A stretch of DNA of 33,610 nt, from contig NC_068998.1 in assembly GCF_001194135.2 (NCBI RefSeq), forward strand, positions 31,037,133 through 31,070,742, read 5' to 3'. Shown here piece after piece: positions 9,240 through 21,246 of the stretch; positions within the stretch are counted from its first letter, which is position 1; each line of letters starts with the position of its first letter. The notes under the pieces were generated by a model. It did not search any database, was not told the DNA's origin, and worked only from the letters and a program-made list of their open reading frames with translations. Both the position numbers and the translations under genes were made by a program. Origin of the DNA: Octopus bimaculoides (taxonomy: Eukaryota).

Positions 9240-10560
9240 AAAATCTAGGCTTTATATACATTTACTAATATTTTGAAGAAATATTGTAGTTTCGCTGAAA
9301 TGTTTGGTAATCTTGACAGCTTTTCATGAATGGCCTTCTCTATCTAAAATGTCAGAAATATTGTAGGTTTTATAAACATTAGGTAAATATCATCTTCAAA
9401 GCATTCACTAGATGTATAGCAACCCAATTTCCATTTAGCACATGTAAATATGACATTTAGTGAACGTATCAGAAAATGCAAATATTACATGTACCAAACA
9501 TATCGGAAAAGTTACTTTCCTTGACAAACATGAACACTGAAAATTTTGCTTTTCACCATCAAATCTTTGCAAAATTGTTTTTTCAGGCTAAATCAACATT
9601 TGTGATTTCGAGTTTTTTCAACAAAATTCTCATTTAGAAATAGCTTTCAAAAATATACTTACCATATATTCACAAGATTTTCTGTGATAATTTCTCTAAA
9701 AAGTCATGGAAGTTTCCTTAAATATAGTCTTCACAACTATTACTAAATGTATTTAAATTGAGTATTTCTCAAAATTTTAAATTCACACATGTTGAAATTG
9801 AGCCTCAAGTAACCATTTTGCAATACTTCCATGATATAAAGCAAGATTTCCAATTTAAAGTTTTATAAAACGTATATATGAAAGCTGTCAAAATACAAAA
9901 GTGTTTTTTTCTCCTCAAGTACAAATTCAAAATTTCTGATTTCTATGCTTTGATCTTTACACTTATGAGATTCAAATATACTGGGTTGCTATGTTTACTT
10001 AGAAAATGATGTTTACTGTATATTTCAGAAATGTTGCTTCTTAGCCCAATATCACCTGTTTAGATCACTGTAAAAATTATCTTTACCCAATGTTTCATAT
10101 AGCATAAATAGATTGTGTATTTTAGGTCTTATATGCAACAAATATCAAACTTATGGTTAAATATTCCACATCTAAGATTGAACAGTATTGGATTAGTATA
10201 CATCTAGTAATTGCTTTGTAGCAAATAGAAATATTACATTTAGTGAATATTTCAGAAAGTGCAATATTACATATCGCAAATATTTCAGCTATCCTACATT
10301 CCTTAAAAAACAGAAAAACTGAAAATATTATGAAGATATTGAGAAATATTGAAGTTTCTCTGAAAGGGTTGGTAAATGTTTATACAGACTTGAACTTTCT
10401 ATCTTATAACTTATTGTAGGTTTTCTTAAATATTTGGTAAATAACATCAAAGCAATGTATCAACACTATTTGCATTTAGGTATATATGTATCAACACTAT
10501 TTGCATTTAGCAAATTTAAATATCGCATTTAGAAAACATTTCAGAAACCCAACATTTCTG
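9240..10560. repeat. degenerate modular AT-rich repeat with direct and inverted copies
   Basis: The modules gaaatattg.agttt..ctgaaa.g.ttggtaa, ttgtaggtttt, and tat.acatttagtgaa..t.tcagaaa.tgcaa.tattacat recur near 9280-9490 and 10230-10450. Inverted copies lie near 9875-10030. Confidence 0.55.
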
Positions 10561-11225
10561 TACTGTATATATTTGTAATCATTTTTATAATTTGTATATA
10601 TTTATTTTATTATAAATGCAAAGAAATACCACACACTCACCTCCCGAGTTTCATTTTCTATACAGTGTGTAATTCTTTGTTTCATTTACCGTACACTATG
10701 TATTTTTTTTTAATATATTTTAATTAATGTGTTATACAGTGCAGTACTGTTCTCTGTTTCTTTTCATTAATTTTTTTAGCATGAAAATGCTTATTTTACC
10801 ACAGAAATAATTAAAATATAAATACCTATCACCTGCAGAAAGCCGTGATATACTGAGGAGACTATGATATAAATTTACATATATTAGCCAGAAAAATTCA
10901 CTGAGTGCATGAAAGGTGAACTGCACTATGGTACTGTGTTTTTTAACTTTTAGTTTTGAAACGGGTTTCATGTTGAAATGCAAGACTTTATATGTCCATA
11001 TAATTTTAGAAATATTGTAGTTAAATATATTTCGTAAATATACTCTTGACAGCAATTTGTAAATACACAATGTGACAAGTTTGGCAATGAAGTAAGAAAA
11101 TATTGAATTTTAATCTACGCAGTTTTAAATTTTGCAATTATTAGAAGATTTTCAGTGTTTTTTAAATCTGTTACTTCTCCATCATTGAGTGAGAAAAGTT
11201 CAAATGCACACATGTTGAATTTTCG

Positions 11226-11796
11226 NNNNNNNNNNNNNNNNNNNNNNNNNNNNNNNNNNNNNNNNNNNNNNNNNNNNNNNNNNNNNNNNNNNNNNNNNNN
11301 NNNNNNNNNNNNNNNNNNNNNNNNNNNNNNNNNNNNNNNNNNNNNNNNNNNNNNNNNNNNNNNNNNNNNNNNNNNNNNNNNNNNNNNNNNNNNNNNNNNN
11401 NNNNNNNNNNNNNNNNNNNNNNNNNNNNNNNNNNNNNNNNNNNNNNNNNNNNNNNNNNNNNNNNNNNNNNNNNNNNNNNNNNNNNNNNNNNNNNNNNNNN
11501 NNNNNNNNNNNNNNNNNNNNNNNNNNNNNNNNNNNNNNNNNNNNNNNNNNNNNNNNNNNNNNNNNNNNNNNNNNNNNNNNNNNNNNNNNNNNNNNNNNNN
11601 NNNNNNNNNNNNNNNNNNNNNNNNNNNNNNNNNNNNNNNNNNNNNNNNNNNNNNNNNNNNNNNNNNNNNNNNNNNNNNNNNNNNNNNNNNNNNNNNNNNN
11701 NNNNNNNNNNNNNNNNNNNNNNNNNNNNNNNNNNNNNNNNNNNNNNNNNNNNNNNNNNNNNNNNNNNNNNNNNNNNNNNNNNNNNNNNNNNNNNNN
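11226..11796. other. assembly gap
   Basis: N run. Confidence 1.
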
Positions 11797-11950
11797 AGTC
11801 AAATCTGTGCGTACGTGCATGAAGTAGAGAGAGAGAGAAATTGTATGTTTGTGAGAGGGAGGGTGAAGGAGAGTTACATTTTGTTTGCCAGCGTCTGTGT
11901 GGTAAGCAGCAAGCAACAAACAAAAAGAAAAAAATACCCTCTCTCTCTCT

Positions 11951-12231
11951 CCCTCCCTTACATACACATGCCAGTTATCTCTCTTTCTTTCTTTCTTTCT
12001 CACGCACACACACAGCAACATTACACACAAAACACATGTTGCCAAAAAGAAATAGACGCTATCTTTTTATAGTGAGTATGCGAGACAGAAAGTGTGGTGT
12101 GTATGTGAAGTTCTTTTGTTAATGTGAGAGAGCAGTATGTGTGTGTGTAATGTTGCTGTGTGTGTGAGACAGGGAGAGAGAGAAAGAAAGAAAGAAAGAA
12201 AGAGAGATAAATGTGTGTAAGGGAGGGAGGG
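11951..12231. repeat. inverted repeat of microsatellite-rich arms (~95 bp each, ~90-bp spacer)
   Basis: ccctcccttaca.acac...ttatctctctttctttc...cacacacagcaacattacacaca (11951-12042) vs its reverse complement at 12132-12231. Confidence 0.75.
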
Positions 12232-12663
12232 CGTGCTCTCTCTATCTCTTTCGCGTTCTTTCCCAACCTTTTTTTTATGGAAACTGCCGAATTGATGTAA
12301 ACAAACCCATGTGGTCTGATTTTCACGTTTCTAGGTATTGTACCGTAAAAAGCCATTTCCAAAATGTATTTATTTCAAATCATTTATCTGTATATATATG
12401 TAAGGCAAGGTGTGTGTGTTTTGTTGATATACGGGCAACACACACACACACATACGAACATGTATGCGTACAAAAAATATGTATGCAATTGGTGTACATA
12501 CGTGCGTGTGTGTATGTGTGTGTTGCTCATATAAATATATATATATATATATAGATAGATAGATAGATAGATAGGATGATAAATTGAATATTAATTCAAT
12601 TTAAAACTAAGTGGCCTAGCATATAACAAATCTGAAAATTCAGAAAAAATTGTATTACACATG

Positions 12664-13631
12664 NNNNNNNNNNNNNNNNNNNNNNNNNNNNNNNNNNNNN
12701 NNNNNNNNNNNNNNNNNNNNNNNNNNNNNNNNNNNNNNNNNNNNNNNNNNNNNNNNNNNNNNNNNNNNNNNNNNNNNNNNNNNNNNNNNNNNNNNNNNNN
12801 NNNNNNNNNNNNNNNNNNNNNNNNNNNNNNNNNNNNNNNNNNNNNNNNNNNNNNNNNNNNNNNNNNNNNNNNNNNNNNNNNNNNNNNNNNNNNNNNNNNN
12901 NNNNNNNNNNNNNNNNNNNNNNNNNNNNNNNNNNNNNNNNNNNNNNNNNNNNNNNNNNNNNNNNNNNNNNNNNNNNNNNNNNNNNNNNNNNNNNNNNNNN
13001 NNNNNNNNNNNNNNNNNNNNNNNNNNNNNNNNNNNNNNNNNNNNNNNNNNNNNNNNNNNNNNNNNNNNNNNNNNNNNNNNNNNNNNNNNNNNNNNNNNNN
13101 NNNNNNNNNNNNNNNNNNNNNNNNNNNNNNNNNNNNNNNNNNNNNNNNNNNNNNNNNNNNNNNNNNNNNNNNNNNNNNNNNNNNNNNNNNNNNNNNNNNN
13201 NNNNNNNNNNNNNNNNNNNNNNNNNNNNNNNNNNNNNNNNNNNNNNNNNNNNNNNNNNNNNNNNNNNNNNNNNNNNNNNNNNNNNNNNNNNNNNNNNNNN
13301 NNNNNNNNNNNNNNNNNNNNNNNNNNNNNNNNNNNNNNNNNNNNNNNNNNNNNNNNNNNNNNNNNNNNNNNNNNNNNNNNNNNNNNNNNNNNNNNNNNNN
13401 NNNNNNNNNNNNNNNNNNNNNNNNNNNNNNNNNNNNNNNNNNNNNNNNNNNNNNNNNNNNNNNNNNNNNNNNNNNNNNNNNNNNNNNNNNNNNNNNNNNN
13501 NNNNNNNNNNNNNNNNNNNNNNNNNNNNNNNNNNNNNNNNNNNNNNNNNNNNNNNNNNNNNNNNNNNNNNNNNNNNNNNNNNNNNNNNNNNNNNNNNNNN
13601 NNNNNNNNNNNNNNNNNNNNNNNNNNNNNNN
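12664..13631. other. assembly gap
   Basis: N run. Confidence 1.
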
Positions 13632-14865
13632 TTGGGATTAAAATGGCACAGTTTGTATATAATATATTACAGTTATGTTGAAACAGGTGATATGGGAAAG
13701 TGCAGCATTGACAACAAAACATTTGTGGAGTAAATGATGGGCTAATTTGGCTAAATAACATGCTATGCATCCGTTTGAAGTATTTCAGGCCCTAACCTGT
13801 GGGAGTTATGTGATTTTTGAATGTACTGAGAAGCTGTCAGTGGATATACTCTCTCTTGCAGCAGTCAGTGCTGTGTCTAACACGACCCATCATCTGAAAT
13901 GTTGACACCTTCGGCTTTGTTGTCCTACATCACACATAAAGTAAATTTGGAGGAACTGTGGTTGTTCATTTGTGGGTAACAGGGAACCAATGAGGTGATA
14001 GACTTGCCCTTGAACTTTGACGTCGTAAATTCATGTTTATCTATCTTCTTAGATGCACCAAACGATGTCATTTGTAGAGTTGTCTGATATTGTTCAGAAA
14101 ATCCTTTGACTGGATAGAAATGCCTTCTGGAAGATCCATAAGAGGTTGAGAAGGAGCTGGTAGTGCTGGCAATGTTACCTGACCACCTGAGCAGCACATA
14201 CAATTTGTTTCAGTTGAAAATTTTAAAGCTCTACAGAAAAGAAAATTTGTGTTTAGCACACCAATTTGGACAGAGTTATTATTTTTATAAGAATGGGATG
14301 GATCATATCTCAAAACAGCTTCAGGAGTTGTGAAGAATGAATTTGTACGTAGTGTGTTTCTGAAAGCTATTCTATTGGACTTCTGTCTAATCATTAAAAC
14401 ATTGATATAATGATCCAGCATCAAGTGCTGCAACATGCGTTTGCTGATCTTGAGAAAATTTCATCTAGCTTCTCTTGCCTTCGATTTTCTACAATCCTCC
14501 TTTCTTTATACTTGTTTCCAGAAAGATTACATCTTTTCTTTGGTGACATATTTTTCCTAATATTGTAAACACAAAATTATGAACATAGAAAGAAATTATA
14601 CATTAATCCCTATCTTTGTAAGCAGTTGTATCTATAAAAATTTTATTTGAAGAGAGCAGAAACTGAAAGAAGAGAATGCAAAAAGAACAGAGAAAGAATA
14701 TGAAAGATGTATATACGTCTATATGAAATGAACGTGTCTGTGCATGGTGAGAAAGAGAGATAGAGTGAGTGAGTGAAGGTGTGTGTCGTGATGATTGATG
14801 TCTTTTAAGGTACACACACATATAGAAAATGTAACGTGATTCTATAAAATTTTTACGATAGTAGA
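13632..14865 (-). mobile_element. internally deleted Helitron retaining the 5' end and RepHel N-terminal remnant; 3' terminus falls in the gap
   Basis: The 5' end reads A|TCTACTAT at 14865. The translation LRYDPSHSY..VQIG..LFCRALKFSTETNCMCCSGGQVTLPALPAP...FLNNIRQY..LQMTSFGA matches the Cys-rich N-terminus of animal Helitron RepHel. 13632 starts ttgggattaaaatggc, the same 3' subterminal sequence as at 1680. Confidence 0.85.
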
Positions 14866-15077
14866 TTTATGGACAAGATTATGCTAAATTTTTGAAATGC
14901 AAATATGTGAATGGAAATTAAGTTTAATTTGTAGTCAAAATAGTACTGAATCTTTTGATACCTCATACATCAAAATCTGTACCTTGGCTTTGGAAAGCAT
15001 AAGGAATATATACTATATAGGACAGTATCTCACATAACAATACAGACGTAATACTGAAATAGTATACATATATATAT

Positions 15078-15113
15078 ATCATCATCATCATCATTATCAT
15101 CGTTTAACGTCCG
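15078..15113 (-). mobile_element. SINE 3' tail running into the gap
   Basis: (cat)n-cgtttaacgtccg, the same as at 1906 and the reverse complement of the 16446 end. Confidence 0.75.
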
Positions 15114-15213
15114 NNNNNNNNNNNNNNNNNNNNNNNNNNNNNNNNNNNNNNNNNNNNNNNNNNNNNNNNNNNNNNNNNNNNNNNNNNNNNNNNNNNNNNN
15201 NNNNNNNNNNNNN
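15114..15213. other. assembly gap (100 N)
   Basis: N run. Confidence 1.
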
Positions 15214-15247
15214 AATTAAAATTAAATTGAGCTTTACAGATTAAAAT

Positions 15248-15510
15248 ATATATAATATATAGTTTTAGGGAAAAGAAGCAAGTTCCAAGAACTCATCGAT
15301 GAAAATCCACTATCACATATAGAAAAATTAATAATTAAAAGCACAATAAATTAGTATAATATAAAGTAAATATCATATGATATTTACTTCGTATTATATT
15401 ATACTAATTTATTGTGCTTTTAATTATTAATTTTTCTATATGTGATAGTGGATTTTCATCGATGAGTTCATGGAACTTGGTTCTTTTCCCTAAAACTATA
15501 TATTATATAT
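15248..15510. repeat. ~260-bp near-perfect loopless palindrome (foldback/MITE-like)
   Basis: Centred on aaatatcat|atgatattt (15376/15377). The arms match out to atatataatatatagttttagggaaaagaa, with a few mismatches and one small indel. Confidence 0.9.
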
Positions 15511-15519
15511 ACATATATA

Positions 15520-16190
15520 TACATGAGTAATAATGCATCCTTTCATGTTCATGTTGCTAAATTGTCAATGAAATGCAGGCGACTCACCGGATGGATTCTC
15601 AGGACATTTAGAACAAGAGATCAGGAAACCATGATGGTCCTCTGGAGGACACTTGTCCTAAGCCATTTTGACTATTGCTCTCAGCTATGGTCACTAACCA
15701 GTGTCAAATTAATCTCAGAACTTGAGGCAATCCAATGAAGCTACACGAAGAAGATAGCCTCTATGCAGCATATAAGCTATTGGGAAAGACTCAAGAGATT
15801 AAGATTCTATTCCTTAAAGCGTAGGCGAGAAAGATATGCCATAATAGACATCTGGAAGATCCTCGAAGGAATTGTCCCAAACTTTGGCATCGAAAGTTAC
15901 ACAAATAAAAGAACTGGACGCCATTGCATAGTGCCAAGGACTCCAAATTTGCCATCAAGATGTAGGACAAGATACTGCAATAGCCTGGGCTTCAGAGTTC
16001 CACAGCTCTTCAATATCCTCCCGAAGGACCTGAGAGACCTGCATGGGGTGGATGTAGGTGTCTTCAAGATGAGGTTGGACCTCTTCCTGTCAGGTGTCCC
16101 AGATGAACCAACTTCGCGGCAGAAGGTGCAGATGAGGGCAGCTGCATCAAACTCTCTCATGCACCAAATGTCGATTTCAATTTCACTTGC
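15520..16190 (+). mobile_element. CR1-group LINE ORF2 C-terminal fragment
   Basis: GWILRTFRTRDQETMMVLWRTLVLSHFDYCSQLWS...LEAIQ* and SYWERLKRLRFYSLKRRRERYAIIDIWKILEG...PQLFNILPKDLR...FKMRLDLFLSGVPDEP are typical of the post-RT region of CR1/L2-group LINEs. Confidence 0.85.
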
Positions 16191-16253
16191 CTCAACAGGT
16201 CTTTGCAAGCGAAGTTTAGTGTCCAGTGAAGGAAAGGTAAGGTACACATAAGT

Positions 16254-16446
16254 GGGCTGCTACACCCACGTGCACACTCACTCTCGGAGTGGTTGGCGTT
16301 AGGAAGGACATCCAGCTGTAGAAACTCTGCCAAATCAGATTGGAGCCTGGTGTAGCCATCTGGTTTGCCAGTCCTCAGTCAAATCGTCCAACCCATGCTA
16401 GCATGGAAAGCAGACGTTAAACGATGATGATGATGATGATGATGAT
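16254..16446 (+). mobile_element. SINE/RTE-type 3' portion with (GAT)n tail
   Basis: gagtggttggcgttaggaaggacatccagctgtag...ccaacccatgctagcatggaaagcagacgttaaacgatgatgat. Confidence 0.85.
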
Positions 16447-16749
16447 ATATATCCTAACTTAAACATTCCTTGTGTTACATGTGCTATGAGTCAAAGCAAT
16501 TGCATTTTTGTGAAGTAGAGTTTGGTGATATCTATAAAAGTATAATTGTTATATGGGACCCATTTTTATTAAGCTTCATAGTTGGATAGAAGACAACATA
16601 ATACTTTTTAATCATCTGAAGCCTGATTTTCCAGAAGTTGAAGGGCTAGGGAAACAAAAAGAAAAGCAGGGTAAGCTCCAATCTCAGAGACAGCAAAATG
16701 CCATGGTGACATGACCATTTAGAAGTAAAACTTCAGTTTGATACAACCA

Positions 16750-17000
16750 GGCAAGCCCGCTTGAGGGAACAAGACACCAGAGTCTAAAGCCAATAGATAA
16801 GTCCGCTTGAGGAAACACGAGACACCAGAGCAGAAACGATGGAGGTTGGAGTCTCGAGCCAATAGAAAAGCCTGCTTAAGAGAACTGGTGTTAACAGAAC
16901 AACTTCAAAATAATGCAGCCCGAAATGCCTGCTCCAGAGAACAGGGAACATCAGAGCAACTACAAGTCAGGTTGGAATTTAAACCTTTTTGTTGTGAAAA
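16750..17000 (+). mobile_element. STPR-like repeat-coding remnant, probably Helitron N-terminal ORF
   Basis: The repeat cgcttgagg.aaca..agacaccagag recurs and translates as RLRKHETPEQKRWRLESRANRKA, resembling ETPEQRExRL (STPR-type) repeats. Confidence 0.5.
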
Positions 17001-17214
17001 GTGACTGTTTGCCTTTAACTGCAATCTGACACGTGGGAACTATGATAGATGCCTCATAAATACATATGAGTTCAGTACAGACTGGGGCAAAGGCCAGGTG
17101 ACTGCTAGTGTGTGTGTGTGTGTGTGTGTAGATTTATATATAGATTTTTGTCAGTAAAAACCTGAAATTCTTTGAGCAGAAAATAATGGGTTTACCTACA
17201 AGATGGCAACTGTT

Positions 17215-17850
17215 TGACCTGTGCTGAGCTGTTACTTAACAGGATTAAAAATTTTCACAAACAGGGCATGCTCTGGTGCTTCTCTGATGTGAAAAACTTT
17301 GACCAAGGCCAAAAGTTTAACAGGATAAATAACAGATGGTTATGTGTAGTTCCTAATGATCTCCCCAGAGTGATGCACACTAAGTTTCCAGCAAATATAG
17401 TTCTTGGAATTTATGCTGTTAGATACAATGAGGTGCTGCAAACAGTTGTTTAGCCCTGGATGAATGAAGACTGCAATGGAAGGCCAGATGTGTTTCAACA
17501 AGACTCTACCTTCTCACAAAGCCAAACTTGTAGCCTTCAAACTCAACATGGACTACTACATTTGGAATGTTGTGAGGATTATTGATATCCTCACAATACC
17601 ATAGCTTCACTGAAGGCCTCATTGTCAAGGTGATGTCTGAAGTGAATAAAGGCCATTTAATGCAGGCATGTTGATGATTCCGGTTCATTGAAGCTGAAGA
17701 TTGATTCATAGAATAATCTTATAAGAAAGCTTACGAATAAGTGCACAATTTTTTTCTTCAAGTACATTTGGTTTTTGCTAGATTAGATTTGTTTTATTAA
17801 ATTTCCAAATATGTCCTCAAATACATTTCAAATCCTGCACGTACTTTATT
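17215..17850 (+). mobile_element. maT (DD37D-like) Tc1/mariner transposase remnant, internally deleted
   Basis: LLNRIK..GMLWCFSDVKNFDQGQKFNRINNRWLC...VMHTKFPA, then EVLQTVV*PWM..GRPDVFQQDS. These correspond to the FSDEK and FQQDSA catalytic motifs. Confidence 0.75.
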
Positions 17851-18291
17851 TACAGTAATTGTGTCATTATAATTTGATATATGTTATTTATGTTGCTAAC
17901 TATTAAAAGTTTCTTGATAATTTTAGGGTTTCCCTATAAACAAATTTTATAGAAAACCTTGAATTTGTTTTCCACAATGACTTGAGTACTGTGTTTCTTT
18001 TAGTCTTTTAATATTAACTATGTTGAATTAAATATATCTGTATCTAATTCTCAGCTCTATCAAACTAAATTTCAGTGATAATTCATATGATAATTGCCCT
18101 ATGTTTAAGGAAACATTTGTCATTCAGCTCTAAAACACATAATCCATAGGCAAATATGCACATATATAGATTATCATGGTAAATACTTATAAACTTGCTT
18201 AAAAAAAACAAAAAAACAAAAAAAAACTGTCAGGTATCTTTGCTGAAGCTATCATTGTTTTGATATTGTTCATTAATTCCAGGGGAAAGCC

Positions 18292-18382
18292 ATGTCACTG
18301 GCAGAACAAGCATCATATACTCTTATCAATGTACCAACAGATGCTGAACCACCTTCTGAAATGCAACTGAAACAAGAACTGG
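18292..18382 (+). CDS. COPB1: coatomer subunit beta, first coding exon (91 nt; exon starts at 18283)
   Basis: MSLAEQASYTLINVPTDAEPPSEMQLKQEL; acceptor ttccag at 18282; donor G|gtaagg (phase 1). Missed by the ORF track. Confidence 0.95.
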
Positions 18383-19118
18383 GTAAGGTTTTGCTCTATC
18401 ATGTTTTATGATGCATTTTATGATGACTAGAGAGACTGCATGTATCAGATGTGTGATGAATGTGGCAATGGAGGTAATAACAGACGAGATATGATGCATA
18501 TGTATCATATATTGCAGGTGTAGCATAGAACCTGTAGTATTTGAAGAGACTGTAGGTATGTTATATGACAGACAATAAATGTGAAGGCTCAGAAGACAGT
18601 GACTGGAAACAAATGAGTTAAATATATTTTCAAAGTAGTTGAGAAACCTGAGGTATGCCAGCAGTAGTAATGTATCTGTTGATATATGCATACAATATTG
18701 ATAAATGATACATTCTGAGTTTAAAAAATGATACAAAATAGAAGAAGAGTGTGCATAATATGATATAATGAAGAAATGGCATACATTTGTTATATTAAAA
18801 TTTATATTTGATTTCATGTGATAAGATAGATTGTATGAAATATGTTGTATTGCAAATTATTCCAATCAATTCCAACTCAGAAAATATTTTTCTGATAACA
18901 ACTCAGTGTGTATGTCTGTACAAATTAAAGGAGTATAACTGAATGGTAACAAAAAGAAAAGATTAAAAAGTATGTTTCTTCAGTGGGACAGTTAAAGCCA
19001 TAAATATAATGACTTTCACATTGAAGAAACAAGATACTTTCTTGTATTTGGTAAAGAATAAGATGTGTCAAAATGCAAATCTTTGAAAGAGAGAATGGCA
19101 GAATGTTTCAAATTTACT

Positions 19119-19327
19119 AAGGTGGCGAACTGGCAGAAATGCTGGGTGAAATACTTAGCTGTATTTTGTCTGTCTTTATATTCTGAGTTCAAATTCTGCC
19201 GAGGCCGACTTTGCCTTTCATCTTTTTGGGGGTCAATAAATTAAGTACCAGTTGCATCCTGGGGTTGATCTAATTGACTGGCCCCCTCCCCCAAAATTTC
19301 AGGCCTTGTGCCTAGAGTAGAAAAGAA
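19119..19327 (+). mobile_element. tRNA-derived SINE
   Basis: aaggtggcgaactggcagaa head, gagttcaaattctgcc B-box-like motif, gactttgcctttcatc...ggggtcaataaattaagtaccagtt core, ending gtgcctagagtagaaaaga. A reverse copy lies at 28912-29018. Confidence 0.8.
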
Positions 19328-20147
19328 TGCTTCAAATTTACCATTTACTTCTTTTATGAGGGAAATTTCAAAATAACTGACAGAGCAGTGTCACTATAGA
19401 ACTTAGAAAGGTTACAGGTACAGTCCACATTCACCTCAGACTAAATTATTATATTAAAAAAATTGTTAACATTTAGCGAATTTAGGCAATGCACAGAGAG
19501 GAGTAATTATGAAAGTCTGAAGCTAATACCCTAAATAAAAATAGACTGCAGCTTGTTTTTTGAGCCACACAATAAAACTTGTATTTTGGTGAAACAGCTG
19601 TTTTTACCAATCTACATTTGACTTCTGATACAATCCTACACAGTACAGTAAGAAAAGTATGTATGAATAAACAGTGTACTGGAGCAATTTGTCAAGTCTG
19701 AAGGTGCTAAAAGTAGGGTCAGCAGGAAGTTCTGTGAGGTATTAACTTACAGTTAGGAGTCCACAAAACTCAGTTATGAGGGTTTTTATCATTATTATTA
19801 TTTTACTTCTTGCAATAAATGAGTGTAGAAGTTAACACCTAAAAGGAAAATATTTGCTTGCCAAAAATCTAGTTTCCATTGTAGAATCTGATGAAGAATA
19901 AAATAAAAGAATTTCAACATATTGGCAGAGTAAGTTTGAGTTAAAACTTGATATTTTTTCATTTTACCAGTCACAAGAGTAATAGTTAACTTAGTAAACT
20001 AGATTAAGGTAAGAAATAGGTATTTGCTAAAACTGGAAAAAATATATAATACGTGATTGTAGCAATATTTGAATTTAAAGTTTTAAGAAAAATAAATTAT
20101 TAACCCTGGACTTTCTAAATTATCCTTTTTGTCATTGGCATTTTCAG

Positions 20148-20377
20148 AGAAGGGCGATGTGAAGACAAAGATCAGTTCTTTGAAGAAAACCATTCAAATG
20201 ATTCTAAATGGGGAGAAAATGCCCTCACTATTAATGACCATCATCCGTTTTGTGATGCCATTACATGATCACACCATAAAGAAGTTGTTACTGATATTCT
20301 GGGAAGTAGTGCCAAAGTGCCATCCTGATGGTAAACTTCTACAAGAGATGATTCTAGTCTGTGATGCTTACAGAAAG
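20148..20377 (+). CDS. COPB1: coatomer subunit beta, coding exon 2 (230 nt)
   Basis: ttttcag|AG AAG GGC GAT gives [75 protein letters not shown]|gtgagt. In frame with the previous exon. Confidence 0.97.
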
Positions 20378-21246
20378 GTGAGTTGGTTTAGTTTGCACAG
20401 TGCATGAATGCACATGTGCATCCATCATCTGACCAATTTATTTTGTGATTTATTACATACATTTGTTAAAAGTTTGTTCAGTTTCATTTCTTCCTTTTTC
20501 ACCCCACTTTATTTTTGAGTTATGTTTTACCTTATTTTTATTTCTGTAGTAATGAGCCAAACTTCATTATCATAATTTCACATGACGACATATAAGTTTT
20601 TTATCTATCCACAAATTTTTTGTCTCTATCAGATTTTTAAAATTTCTAATTTTGTGGCAGAATCAGGACTTACACTTTTTAAAATTCAGATTTAAAGTAA
20701 AATTATTTTCTAGATTAAAATCTAAAAATGTAAAAATTATTTTGCACAGTTTCAATCTCAACTTGTTATTATATTTAATTAATTAAAATTGTCTTTTAAT
20801 TGTGTAACTTGCTAAACTATCTCTTCCCTCTGGATCTACCTATAGTTTAAGACCACTACCATATTCCTCATTAACCTTCACACATCTCTTGCTCCTTGCC
20901 TTGACCCAAGATGAAAACAACTGCCCATAAATCTTTACCCTCTTTCCTCTTTAATTATCTTTTACATACCCTGTCTTCAGGTTGAAAAGCACTGTCATTA
21001 TGCTTAATTAATCCTCACTTGAATTTTGTATTCACTCTCTAACTAGATTGAGAATCACTGCCTTCTTAACTTAACCCTAAATGTTTTTTCTTGCATTGCC
21101 TTTCCTGTTTGTGATACATTTTAATGATAGTCTACTCCTATTTATCTTCCATGTACCTTTTCAAATAGGATAGTGTTGTTCATATATTTCATTAAATCTC
21201 TGAAGGCTACCAACTGCTACACTTTCCACTACATTGTGTTTTGTAG

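Noticed and set aside
18420-18484. C/D snoRNA-like boxes (ATGATGA, CAGA, GTGATGA, CAGA) in a COPB1 intron
   Set aside because: There is no canonical CTGA D box, no terminal stem and no rRNA complementarity that I could recognise.
18326-18817. 163-aa minus-strand ORF
   Set aside because: It is antisense to the COPB1 exon and intron, has AT-biased composition and no homology cue.
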